Origin: a plasmid
Sequence record: NZ_CP028352.1
Strand: one strand, 5' to 3'
DNA: 64,000 nt
A program made the translations under genes and the position numbers. Shown here piece by piece: positions 1-8,319 of this stretch (the stretch's first letter is position 1; each line of letters opens with the position of its first letter). Below the pieces are notes generated by a model. That model did not search any database. It was not told where the DNA came from and was given only the letters and a program-made list of their open reading frames with translations.

Positions 1-1786
1 ACGAAGCGGCCAGCTGAGTCGGACGTATACGAATATAATGCAGGGTTGACTGTGGGGATGAATGGCCGGACCACTGCATCAGCTCATGTAAAGACATCCC
101 CCCGGCAACACTGGCCAGTGCTGTAACGGCAGAAGCACGGCCGCGGTGGCTGGTAATGGGACCGCGTGAATCTTCCACAGACATACCCGCTCTGGCGCAG
201 AGAAGCGGAATGACAGTGAGATTTATTATGTTTCTTCCCACCGGTTTACCCCGGTTCTGAAACAGATAACGAACTTTTTCACCGGTGCGTTCATCCGTAA
301 ATGCTGCCTGCTCCTGAGGACGCTCACTGAGCCAGATATCGACATATTTTTTCACAACAGACGAGACTGGCTTAACAAAAGCTTTAGACGTTTTGCCGGC
401 TGGTACGCTGAGATAGCACAGAGTACCGGCCGGGACAGGGCTGCTGTTTTCCTGCAGAATGTCATCCACCTGTGGGGTAACGCAGTTCATTGTCAGGCGC
501 AACAGCTCGTTCTGTCGCAGCCCGGCATGCGTCCAGATAACCGCCATAGCCTGAAGCATAGACAGGGGATAATGAATTTCGCTCAGCAAATCTTCCTGAC
601 GCAGGTTCAGACTCGCCCAGACCAGTCTGAGCCAGACCGGATCATCAATAACGCGGGGGCTCACGCCCTGACGAAACAGCGGTGTATCAGGCGTGGACAG
701 ATGGCGGGCCGGACTGAACTTTAATCGCCCCCATCCCCAGCTTTCATAATCAAGCATAAAACGGCGAATGGCATAAACAAACCGGCTGCGGGAATGCGGC
801 ATCAGGGGTTCTCCTGAGCGTTTTGATTGTCTGCCCCCTTTCTTTGTATCCAGTGACAGCTCGTCTACTTTCAGTCTGCCGACCATTGCAATAAAGCTGG
901 CGCAGGTTTCCATTGTCCAGTCAGAGGGCTCGCATATTTCCGGCTTTTCCCGGGCAAGCCACAGGCCACAGCGGAGAATAAAACTGTACTGAGTTTCTCT
1001 GGAGCGGGGGCGGAGTACCGACGTTTCCCGCCACATCCGGCACCACCGCGCCCAGTCAGGTGCGATACCTTGTGTTGGCTTTTCATGCCATTCCTGATAG
1101 TTACGCATTCTCAGGGGGCTCTCTATAATTCCCATAGCAGCAAGCGCACAGGATATTTTCCCCGTAGCTCTTGCGATTCCCCGGTCGTGGCAGTTCTGCC
1201 CCCGCCACAGGAGGTCTGTCGTAAAAGTTCCAAGACGCGGGTCGTTGTTCATCAGCATCAGTACACCCAGCATACCGGACATATTGTGCTTCTGATTCTG
1301 CCCGGCATATCCCATTGAGATCAGAACGTCTGTCAGCCGGTTAATTTCATGACTGACAATACTCCGGCCATATATAGCACTGGCGTACAACGACGGTGCG
1401 CCATGCACTGGCAGGCTGAGCGGAGAAGAAAACGGACCGAGATGAAAGGCAAAAGCAGCAAGCAGGGGCCTGCCGGAACAGTGTTGCTCACAGAGCGTTA
1501 ACCATCTTTCCTGCGTCCACTGCCAGCAGGGCTGACCCGACCGGTGCGTTTCTGCAAGAACGGCAAGGAGGGTAATTCTGGCAAGTCTGACACTGATACT
1601 GCTTCGTGAGGCAATGTCCTGCAGAGGCAGCAGCAAATATGGCAGGGAATCTGGCCGATCGAGCGCAGCAGACCGCCGGTAGCCTGTACGTATCGCGTCT
1701 TTTTCCTCAGGACTCAGCGCATCGCTCAGCTGATAATCTGTGCGTTTGAAAGGTATATAAGTGACTGTGTTTTTTTTTCCACTCAT
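1..1786 (-). CDS. Large tyrosine recombinase (Tn554 TnpB-like); 3' end lies beyond the window start; at least 595 codons open
   Basis: The minus frame from the ATG at 1786-1784 is open to position 1; I scanned every in-frame triplet and found no stop. The translation carries tyrosine-recombinase motifs: HRGRASAVTALASV and LMQWSGHSSPQSTLHYIRIRPTQLA (H-x-x-R, then the catalytic Y). It is absent from the ORF track only because its stop lies outside the window. Confidence 0.7.
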   Translation of the reverse strand, partial: MSGKKNTVTYIPFKRTDYQLSDALSPEEKDAIRTGYRRSAALDRPDSLPYLLLPLQDIASRSSISVRLARITLLAVLAETHRSGQPCWQWTQERWLTLCEQHCSGRPLLAAFAFHLGPFSSPLSLPVHGAPSLYASAIYGRSIVSHEINRLTDVLISMGYAGQNQKHNMSGMLGVLMLMNNDPRLGTFTTDLLWRGQNCHDRGIARATGKISCALAAMGIIESPLRMRNYQEWHEKPTQGIAPDWARWCRMWRETSVLRPRSRETQYSFILRCGLWLAREKPEICEPSDWTMETCASFIAMVGRLKVDELSLDTKKGGRQSKRSGEPLMPHSRSRFVYAIRRFMLDYESWGWGRLKFSPARHLSTPDTPLFRQGVSPRVIDDPVWLRLVWASLNLRQEDLLSEIHYPLSMLQAMAVIWTHAGLRQNELLRLTMNCVTPQVDDILQENSSPVPAGTLCYLSVPAGKTSKAFVKPVSSVVKKYVDIWLSERPQEQAAFTDERTGEKVRYLFQNRGKPVGRNIINLTVIPLLCARAGMSVEDSRGPITSHRGRASAVTALASVAGGMSLHELMQWSGHSSPQSTLHYIRIRPTQLAAS

Positions 1787-2793
1787 CAGTAAGCCCCCGC
1801 CTGAAAAATAAGGCCAGCGATTTTCCTGTCGGTTTCAGCTACGGCTGCGGTTATCCGGCCAGACAGATCGGACCCTGACAGATGGATATAAATCTGTGTG
1901 GTGCGCGGATCTCTGTGTCCAGCATAAGTCGCCAGCTCATGCAGCTTCCAGCCGGCCCGAGCCAGATGGGTCAGGCGAAGATGGCGAAAGGTGTGGGTTG
2001 TAATCTGTGGAAGCCCCGTATCCAGAGCCCATCTGCGCACGGTTTTACTCCAGCTCCACACAGAAAGAAGAGTGCCGTAATTACGATCAGAAAATGAACG
2101 GAACAACGCCCCCTGTGTCCGGCCAGCCCGCTTCAGCTGCCGGAAAAGGTTTGCCAGTACCGGCGTAATGTCCGGACCATAGCACACAACCCTTTCACGC
2201 CGGCTTTTCGTTGTTTCCGGGCGGATACGGATCAGGCGATGAGCAGGGTCGATATCCTCAAGCGTCAGGGCTGTCACCTCTGCACGGCGGAGTGCACCAA
2301 AATAGGCCAGTGCGAGCATCAGCCGGTCCCGCAGGGAAGCAGCTGAAACATGTTTAAGAAATCTCAGCCATTGTTCATTGTCAGGTATTACAGGTAAGCG
2401 GGTGATACGCGGGACAAGCCCCCGCCCGGTATAAATGGCACCCGGTAAACCCGCGCGGGGTAGCGGATTGAGACTGCATATATCCTGATAAACAAGAAAG
2501 TCATACCAGAGACGGATAGCAGACAGGCGCAGCTGGAGCGTGGCACTGGCCGCAGGGTAAGGCATGCCAGGCAGCTGAGGGCGGATGTAGGCGGCGAGGT
2601 CTTCAAACCGGGCTTTTTCAGGTTCAATTCCGTTCTCGCTGCAGAACGAAAAGTAATGATGAAGGGCGCTACGGTAGGCGGTGAGTGTGCCCTGCGCCCG
2701 CCCGAGATCGGATAACAGTTTCAGCCAGCGCTCTGCCAGCAATAGGCTTTGTTCATTCGGTGGGATCAGCATCGTGTTCTCCTCTGACAGCAA
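1786..2793 (-). CDS. Tyrosine recombinase/integrase, 335 aa (XerD/TnpA-like)
   Basis: The C-terminal box HTFRHLRLTHLARAG...YAGHRDPRTTQIYIHL matches the R-H-R-Y catalytic residues. Its TGA stop overlaps the ATG of the downstream recombinase gene by one nt (ATGA). Confidence 0.8.
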   Translation of the reverse strand: MLSEENTMLIPPNEQSLLLAERWLKLLSDLGRAQGTLTAYRSALHHYFSFCSENGIEPEKARFEDLAAYIRPQLPGMPYPAASATLQLRLSAIRLWYDFLVYQDICSLNPLPRAGLPGAIYTGRGLVPRITRLPVIPDNEQWLRFLKHVSAASLRDRLMLALAYFGALRRAEVTALTLEDIDPAHRLIRIRPETTKSRRERVVCYGPDITPVLANLFRQLKRAGRTQGALFRSFSDRNYGTLLSVWSWSKTVRRWALDTGLPQITTHTFRHLRLTHLARAGWKLHELATYAGHRDPRTTQIYIHLSGSDLSGRITAAVAETDRKIAGLIFQAGAY

Positions 2794-2842
2794 TATCGCT
2801 GCTCAAAGTTTACTCACTCAATGTTGCATTCCACTTAACTTA

Positions 2843-3073
2843 CTACAGCTCGTAATTCGAACTGAATACATGCACGCCGTTCTGCCTGAAAAATCGCTCA
2901 TTCTGAAAAAGCGGCGCCGCCATTTTTATCCCCAGGCGCTTTGCTTCCGCCGATCGCGCAATCACGCAGCCGTCATTATTCGAAACGACAACAATTGGTT
3001 TGCCGCGCAGATCGGGCCTGAATACGGTTTCACATGAGGCATAAAAGTTGTTGGCATCGGCCAGCGCAAACAT
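2843..3073 (-). pseudogene. umuC: umuC (Y-family polymerase V catalytic subunit), 5' fragment of 76 codons; truncated by the insertion
   Basis: MFALADANNFYASCETVFRPDLRGKPIVVVSNNDGCVIARSAEAKRLGIKM...FSSNYEL aligns with the UmuC N-terminus and ends where UmuC would continue YADMSN. Confidence 0.8.
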
Positions 3074-3075
3074 TC

Positions 3076-3453
3076 CTATTCTCCTGCCGGTCCGTTGAAT
3101 CCCACTCCAGCTACATCGGTGAGGGCATAGGCAACTACTCCCCATACGGGAAGCATCTGGCTCACATCAAGCAGCGTTACAGTCTCGTCAGCATCCAGCG
3201 CCTGCAGGGCAGGAACCGGATTAAGCAGCAGGCGCCTTAATGTCAGCTCCCCGTCAAGTTCAGCCACGATAAGCTGACCGTGTGCGGGTATCAGCGCGCG
3301 ATCGATGGCCAGTACGGACCCTTTAACAATACCGGCGTCGGGAAAATTACTGTCGCTGCGCATCAGATAGGTCGAGTAAGGGGAAAGATGCACAAGATCA
3401 CCCAGATTAAGGCGCGTTTCAGTGTAGTTCTGGGCCGGACTCTGAAAGGCCAT
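3076..3453 (-). CDS. umuD: UmuD-like S24 peptidase-fold protein, 125 aa; begins at the UmuD' position
   Basis: Aligns with UmuD from residue 25 onward (SDS matches the GDSM serine); the UmuD K97 position is R (ELTLRRLL). It sits 2 nt upstream of the umuC stub. Confidence 0.75.
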   Translation of the reverse strand: MAFQSPAQNYTETRLNLGDLVHLSPYSTYLMRSDSNFPDAGIVKGSVLAIDRALIPAHGQLIVAELDGELTLRRLLLNPVPALQALDADETVTLLDVSQMLPVWGVVAYALTDVAGVGFNGPAGE

Positions 3454-3591
3454 GCAAATACTCCATTCTTTACAGCTTTTCAGCCTTGTAAGGTGAACCA
3501 GATAACGACCAGGTGTCCGTCGCGCGGGCGCATTTAATACTCCTGATATCAGTATACGTCGCTATCCTTACATCAACAGCAGGAGGTAACT

Positions 3592-4272
3592 ATGTGTGGA
3601 AGATTTGCGCAGTACAGCAGCCGCGATGATTATTTTGATGCACTCAGCCTGACACCGGACGAAATCACATTCGATCCGGAACCTCTCGGGCGCTTTAACG
3701 TAGCACCAGGCACTAAAGTACTCCTTCTGAACGAACAGGAAGATTCGCTGCGCCTCGATCCTGTGTACTGGGGCTACGGACCGGAATGGTGGGATAAGCA
3801 GCCACTTATCAACGCGCGCGGTGAGACGGCTGCGAGCGGCCGCATGTTTAAGCCTCTCTGGAATCATGGCCGCGCTATCGTGCCTGCTGACGGCTGGTTC
3901 GAATGGCAGAAAGAAAGTGGTGAGAAGCAGCCATTCTTCATTTTTCACAAAAAGAAGGAGCCTCTTTATTTTGCCGCAATCGGCAGGCAGCCGTACGGGC
4001 AGGATCACGGCAAAGAGGGCTTCGTGATTGTCACCTCAGCCAGCAATCAGGGCATGGTGGATATACATGACAGGCGGCCGCTGGTGATTACGCCTGATGC
4101 CGTTCGTGAGTGGCTCAGCAATGAAACGTCTCCAGCGCGTGCAGAAGAAATTGCTCATGACGCAGCCGTTCCGGAAAAAGCATTTACCTGGCATCCCGTC
4201 AGCAAAAAAGTAGGCAATATACATAACCAGGGAAAAGAACTGATTGAGGCTGTAGTGGACAGTGATGTTTAG
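3592..4272 (+). CDS. SOS-response-associated peptidase (SRAP/YedK/HMCES family, DUF159), 226 aa
   Basis: N-terminal MCGRF puts the Cys2 nucleophile in place; the family is typical in length; a strong SD (AGGAGG) lies 8 nt upstream; it is divergent from umuD. Confidence 0.85.
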   Translation: MCGRFAQYSSRDDYFDALSLTPDEITFDPEPLGRFNVAPGTKVLLLNEQEDSLRLDPVYWGYGPEWWDKQPLINARGETAASGRMFKPLWNHGRAIVPADGWFEWQKESGEKQPFFIFHKKKEPLYFAAIGRQPYGQDHGKEGFVIVTSASNQGMVDIHDRRPLVITPDAVREWLSNETSPARAEEIAHDAAVPEKAFTWHPVSKKVGNIHNQGKELIEAVVDSDV

Positions 4273-5168
4273 TCGAAATGGTTTTCTTCTATACAGTCGT
4301 TCATTGTCCCTTCCAGAACGCGGCCTAAATCCGGAAATCCAGCCTTTAACAGAACAGTCGCAGCCCGTTCAGCCTTAGGGTCGTGCCGGTCTAACCACAC
4401 CACATTCAGTCCTTTGTTTCCGCCCTGGTGATAGTGAAGGTTATCCGGCATTTCTGACAGTCCGAACGGACACCTGTCACGTTCCATTGCATCCATGAAT
4501 GTGGAATAAGCGGCAGAAAAGGGGATCAGAAAGAGGTGCCAGCGATGTCTGAGTAAAGTTACTCCGCGCTTACTGAGGATGTACCTGGACAGCCTGCCCT
4601 TAAGTGGCCAGTTAATTCCGAGCTGCAGTGCGATGTGACGTGCTGCGGACAAATGATGTGAGCCATCATCATTGTTCCAGTAAAGGCCTCTGCCAGTCCA
4701 GGAAAAAGCGCTGAATGTCATATCATCAAGTTTAACTGAGGGATAAGTTATCATTTCTCTCATTCTGGATTCAGTAACCGGCTTGATGTAATCAGGACAG
4801 AACATCTGAGCAAACGCCTCCATGTCTTTTGCGGAAGAAACGTTGTTACTCGATGAACTCATTCCGATCACGTCGGTGAGATTGCATCTGTGGTTTACAA
4901 GCGTTTCTTCCTGAACAAGGCTGCTAACCTCCGCAATAGCCAGCTGGACTTTTTCCATACTTTCGGAAGACTGAAAACGGAAATATTCAATGCAGCCAGT
5001 TTTACCGAAGTTGCTGATATCAAGCCATTCATCCCATCTGACCACTGACGTCAGGCAGGCTGAACGAGGGACGAGCACTAATGGCTGCGGAACAAGTTTT
5101 CCGTTCCAGATGGCCAGCTTTAGTGCGATGGGGCCGAAACCGATCCTCTTGATGATATTCCGTACCAA
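4269..5168 (-). CDS. Hypothetical protein, 299 aa, no recognisable domain
   Basis: Long ORF, convergent with the SRAP gene and overlapping it by 4 nt; its GC is somewhat lower than the neighbours. Confidence 0.45.
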   Translation of the reverse strand: MVRNIIKRIGFGPIALKLAIWNGKLVPQPLVLVPRSACLTSVVRWDEWLDISNFGKTGCIEYFRFQSSESMEKVQLAIAEVSSLVQEETLVNHRCNLTDVIGMSSSSNNVSSAKDMEAFAQMFCPDYIKPVTESRMREMITYPSVKLDDMTFSAFSWTGRGLYWNNDDGSHHLSAARHIALQLGINWPLKGRLSRYILSKRGVTLLRHRWHLFLIPFSAAYSTFMDAMERDRCPFGLSEMPDNLHYHQGGNKGLNVVWLDRHDPKAERAATVLLKAGFPDLGRVLEGTMNDCIEENHFD

Positions 5169-5879
5169 TTTGTAATCTCCGCACAGTTTTTAATGCGCGA
5201 CAGCGCATGAAGGCGCCAGCTGATGTCAGTCAGGGCGAAGTGGCCACATGGCGCCGGTAGCCCGGCGAAGCCGGTTCCGGTTTGATAGGTTCTGCCTAAC
5301 TATACCTTCGCCCTGCTAAGCCAAAACCGCTTTCAGTTGCACAGGAGCTATTTTGCGCTGTCGGAGTGGTCACGACAAGGCGTAGCCGTAGTCGGGGCGT
5401 ATCTCCGCGTTAGCGGGCCGTCAGGGCCGCTTACGTGCGTGTTCTCCTTTCTTACAGCAATACTGCTAACAGCAACTCCGATTCTAATTACAACATCCAT
5501 ACTAAAAGCGACTCCATCCCGGCCTTTGGCCGGGGCGGCGGCGCTTTTCAGGGTGGGTACCACTCGATACCGAGATAAGCACAGCGATTTTGCTTCCACC
5601 TGATTAGTTTGTTGTAACTACGGACAATGCCCGGCGCTTGCGACGGGAGCTATTTCTGACGCGAAGCGTCTTATCCGAACCGGCGCGGACGTTAGTCCGC
5701 AGCAAGGGCGGGCATTATTTATCTGTCCACAGGATGGATGCCGAATAGGTTTTATCTTTAAAGGTAAGTAATAACTGTTGTTTAAAAGAAAGGAGATCGG
5801 GTTTTTAAAAGGATCATCGCGGTTTGTAAAAAAGACGGATAGCGGTTAACACGCAGTCCGGTCAGAAGATAAATCACAT

Positions 5880-6164
5880 ACCCTCTCGCGGTTATTGTGG
5901 ATAACTCAGAATTGCGGATTACGGATCTGCCCGCTGGTAAATTGTGTGCGCTGGCTCTCGTTTCTGAATCAACAGTAAAGCACTGTTGTGATTAATATTT
6001 GTCCATCTGCCGTTGTGTAGGCGTGCTCGGGCCTCCGGCGCGAACCGGATAACGTGAAGGGTGGGCGGAAAGGCATAGGTGCCGGCATCTGAAGCCGGAT
6101 TGCGGGCAGGGGTCATCCGGCGCGGGTACGCCAGCAGTCTAAGAGGGAATGCGTCAGAGACGCA
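5880..6164. other. Putative replication origin (oriR) downstream of repA1; perfect DnaA box TGTGGATAA at 5896-5904
   Basis: A DnaA box (complement TTATCCACA) sits about 260 bp beyond the repA1 stop, as in IncFII oriR. Confidence 0.5.
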
Positions 6165-7031
6165 TCAGGTTGTGACCAGCAGGTCGTCACCGAGTCGCGT
6201 GTAGTGTCCGCGTGAAAGCTTCATGCGCTCCGTGACGCGGCGCTCTATCTCCGTGCGGACTGCATCAAGGCTGCCAAAAAAGTCGCCATTACGAATTTCT
6301 TTCTGCAGCTGCAGTCGTACCAGCTGCTCGATGTCCTTACGGGTGCGCGGTGCGTCTTTGCGTGCACGGTGGCGCTTCATGCCGTGCTCACGCCGTGACT
6401 TCTGATACTCACGGAAGCGCTCACGTACAAATGACCAGGCGGCGCCAATGAGCTCACCGGCGTCAGCGCGCGGTAAGCCCTTCTTTTCACGCTGGCGGTT
6501 TTCCCACTCGATGCGGCTGCGGCGTGCGGCCGCAACGGCTTCCTCGGAGACGTCCAGCACCTGCCACATCAGCGGCGTGAAGGTGATGTCCGTAGGGATA
6601 TTGCAGCCAATTTCTTTATCGTATTCGGTGTTATAGGTGAGGAGCTTCAGCTGGGCCATAAACTGCACGGCACCGGTGAAACGGGTGATCGAGAGGCGTT
6701 TCTTCTCGGTGGCCAGCCCGCAGCGAATACTCATAGTGGTGAGTGAGGCGCCTACGCGATTGGCCAGCGGATTGAAATAATGGCAGAGAGCCTGTAGCGA
6801 GGCTTCCAGTGCACGCATACGCAGTTCCGGAGGACGGCGCTTACGCTCCCCCCGGGCTATAGACATGGCAACCAGTGACTGGAACTCCATGCGCTGGGTG
6901 AAGCCTGCCGCTTTCTCACGGATTTTTTCGCAGAACGGCAGGGTTTTCTTTCCGTTCTCTGGAATAAATTCCGGATTAGGATTCTTTACCTGCCGGTAAA
7001 ATGAGGTGTTTTCAGTAAGTTGCTTATTCAC
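6165..7031 (-). CDS. repA: Replication initiator RepA1 (RepFIIA/RepZ family), GTG start
   Basis: YRQVKNPNP...FCEK..EKAAGFT...PLANRV...CGLATE...LSITR...TYNTEYDKEIGCNIPTDITFT...LDVSEEAVAAARRSR..WEN.QR...AWSFVRERF..YQ...ERRVTERMKLSR is strongly RepA1-like. Confidence 0.85.
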   Translation of the reverse strand: MNKQLTENTSFYRQVKNPNPEFIPENGKKTLPFCEKIREKAAGFTQRMEFQSLVAMSIARGERKRRPPELRMRALEASLQALCHYFNPLANRVGASLTTMSIRCGLATEKKRLSITRFTGAVQFMAQLKLLTYNTEYDKEIGCNIPTDITFTPLMWQVLDVSEEAVAAARRSRIEWENRQREKKGLPRADAGELIGAAWSFVRERFREYQKSRREHGMKRHRARKDAPRTRKDIEQLVRLQLQKEIRNGDFFGSLDAVRTEIERRVTERMKLSRGHYTRLGDDLLVTT

Positions 7032-7330
7032 GCCTTCCTGCGCTTATGTTGCACAGAAGGAGTAAGCACCGAGGGTATTGCAGTTTTTCGGGCATGAAAC
7101 TATACTCCCCGCATAGAGCAACAGCTTCTATGCAGATTCAGTGAGCCCCGTTAGTCTTCTCCGTGTCGCCAAACTCAGGAAGATTATCGGGGTTTTCTTT
7201 TTTCTGGCCTTCACTAATCAGTCAGCACCAGACTTCTGCCACCTTTCGGCGTGGCAAACCAGGAACTTAATTGCGAGCTAATGTATCACCACAGGTTTGC
7301 ACAATCAATTTCCGTGAATAGTCACCTTCA
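7032..7330. promoter_or_regulatory. repA1 control region: expected antisense copA/inc RNA, leader peptide and repA promoters
   Basis: A 300-bp untranslated gap between copB-like and repA1 contains short stem-loops (for example TGCCACC...GGCGTGGCA). The assignment rests on the IncFII/I-complex organisation, not on a mapped RNA. Confidence 0.4.
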
Positions 7331-7582
7331 TTAATCGCTACTTTTGTTGCCTTCAATTAATCGTTCAATCGCTTCAGCCTGCGTCAACCCGGACTCTCTG
7401 CAGATTTCATCAAGCTTCTGCTTGGTGCTGTTATGAATAAACACGTTCAATGGAGAATGTGTTTCGCGCTTACGCGCAACTGAACGCATTTTACGCTCTC
7501 TGGGGCTCAGAGGCGCTGGGCGGGAAGGTTTTACCTCAGATTGAGTAGGACTTTCAGTCTGCGGCATACGTGCCTCCAGCAT
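7331..7582 (-). CDS. copB: CopB/RepA2-like small repressor, 83 aa
   Basis: SVARKRETHSPLNVFIHNSTKQKLDEICRESGLTQAEAIERLI resembles R1/R100 CopB and sits immediately upstream of repA1. Confidence 0.65.
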   Translation of the reverse strand: MLEARMPQTESPTQSEVKPSRPAPLSPRERKMRSVARKRETHSPLNVFIHNSTKQKLDEICRESGLTQAEAIERLIEGNKSSD

Positions 7583-7706
7583 TTCTAAAACGAATTGGCT
7601 GAGAATACTACATATCCCCTAAATCAGCGACTTAACTTTAAAACGGCGGGAAGGCTGCGTTGGCGCGCAGCCAGTCGGGAACGGTGATGAATCGTGAGGG
7701 CGTGGA

Positions 7707-8240
7707 TCAGTATGAAGAGTGCCAGTCTGTTCCCCCTTCCCAGCGTGACTGCCAGTGCGCCAGATAAGTCTGCGCCAGTGCCGGAACTTCCCGCACGACC
7801 AGCGCATTCTCGGAATTTGATTCAGCTGCGCTGCGGGAATAGTTAAATGAGCCAAGCTCCACGTTCTGTCCGTCGGTGATGATCACTTTGTCGTGCATAA
7901 TCTTGTACTGACCATTAGTGCGCAGAGGAATGCCGGCGTTAACTACCACGTTCATTGCCGCCTGGCTGGCTTTGCTGCGGTTGCCTTTTTCGTCAACAAC
8001 AACCCTGACGTCCACGCCGCGGCGCTTTGCCGCAACGAGAGATTTCACCACTTCAGGGGAGGTAAAGCTGTAGCCCATCAGGCGGATGCTTTCACGGGCA
8101 TCGTCCAATGTACGCAGGACCAACTGCTGCGCACTGCCTTCGGGCGAAAATCCGGCGTCAACGGAGGGTGCAGCAACGGCCGCGCCGGTGGAAAAGGTCA
8201 GCCATAATGCGGTGGCCACGATTCGCGGGTTCAATTTCAT
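7707..8240 (-). CDS. Secreted phospholipase-D-family endonuclease (Nuc-like)
   Basis: Signal peptide MKLNPRIVATALWLTFSTGAAVAAP; HKD motif IMHDKVIITDG...GSFNYSRSA. Confidence 0.75.
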   Translation of the reverse strand: MKLNPRIVATALWLTFSTGAAVAAPSVDAGFSPEGSAQQLVLRTLDDARESIRLMGYSFTSPEVVKSLVAAKRRGVDVRVVVDEKGNRSKASQAAMNVVVNAGIPLRTNGQYKIMHDKVIITDGQNVELGSFNYSRSAAESNSENALVVREVPALAQTYLAHWQSRWEGGTDWHSSY

Positions 8241-8319
8241 TTCGGTTCCTTGGTTATTAATCCGGATTGACATCCAGGTGTGAAAGCCATGATTTAGTGA
8301 GTTATGAGGGGTGAAGCTG

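Larger units (their letters stand above)
1..2845. mobile_element. Right-hand end of an inserted tyrosine-recombinase element (two adjacent recombinase genes of different size, arranged like Tn554 tnpA/tnpB) that interrupts umuC
   Basis: The umuC-like reading frame stops abruptly after ...FSSNYEL at 2843-2846, immediately next to the recombinase genes. No terminal inverted repeat is visible at this end, which is expected for the Tn554 family. The other end of the element is outside the window. Confidence 0.5.

Noticed and set aside
3454-3591. LexA box between umuD and the SRAP gene
   Set aside because: No CTGT-N8-ACAG match was found by eye; only a shorter CTGATATCAG palindrome is present. 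I noted it as an observation rather than calling a LexA site.
3568-4008. 146-aa minus-strand ORF
   Set aside because: It is fully antisense to the well-supported SRAP gene, so it is spurious.
5337-5603. Overlapping 88-aa and 83-aa ORFs, one with a hydrophobic stretch that made me consider a hok-like toxin
   Set aside because: There is no hok signature (no RKxLCE-type motif), the two ORFs are antisense to each other, and the region looks non-coding.
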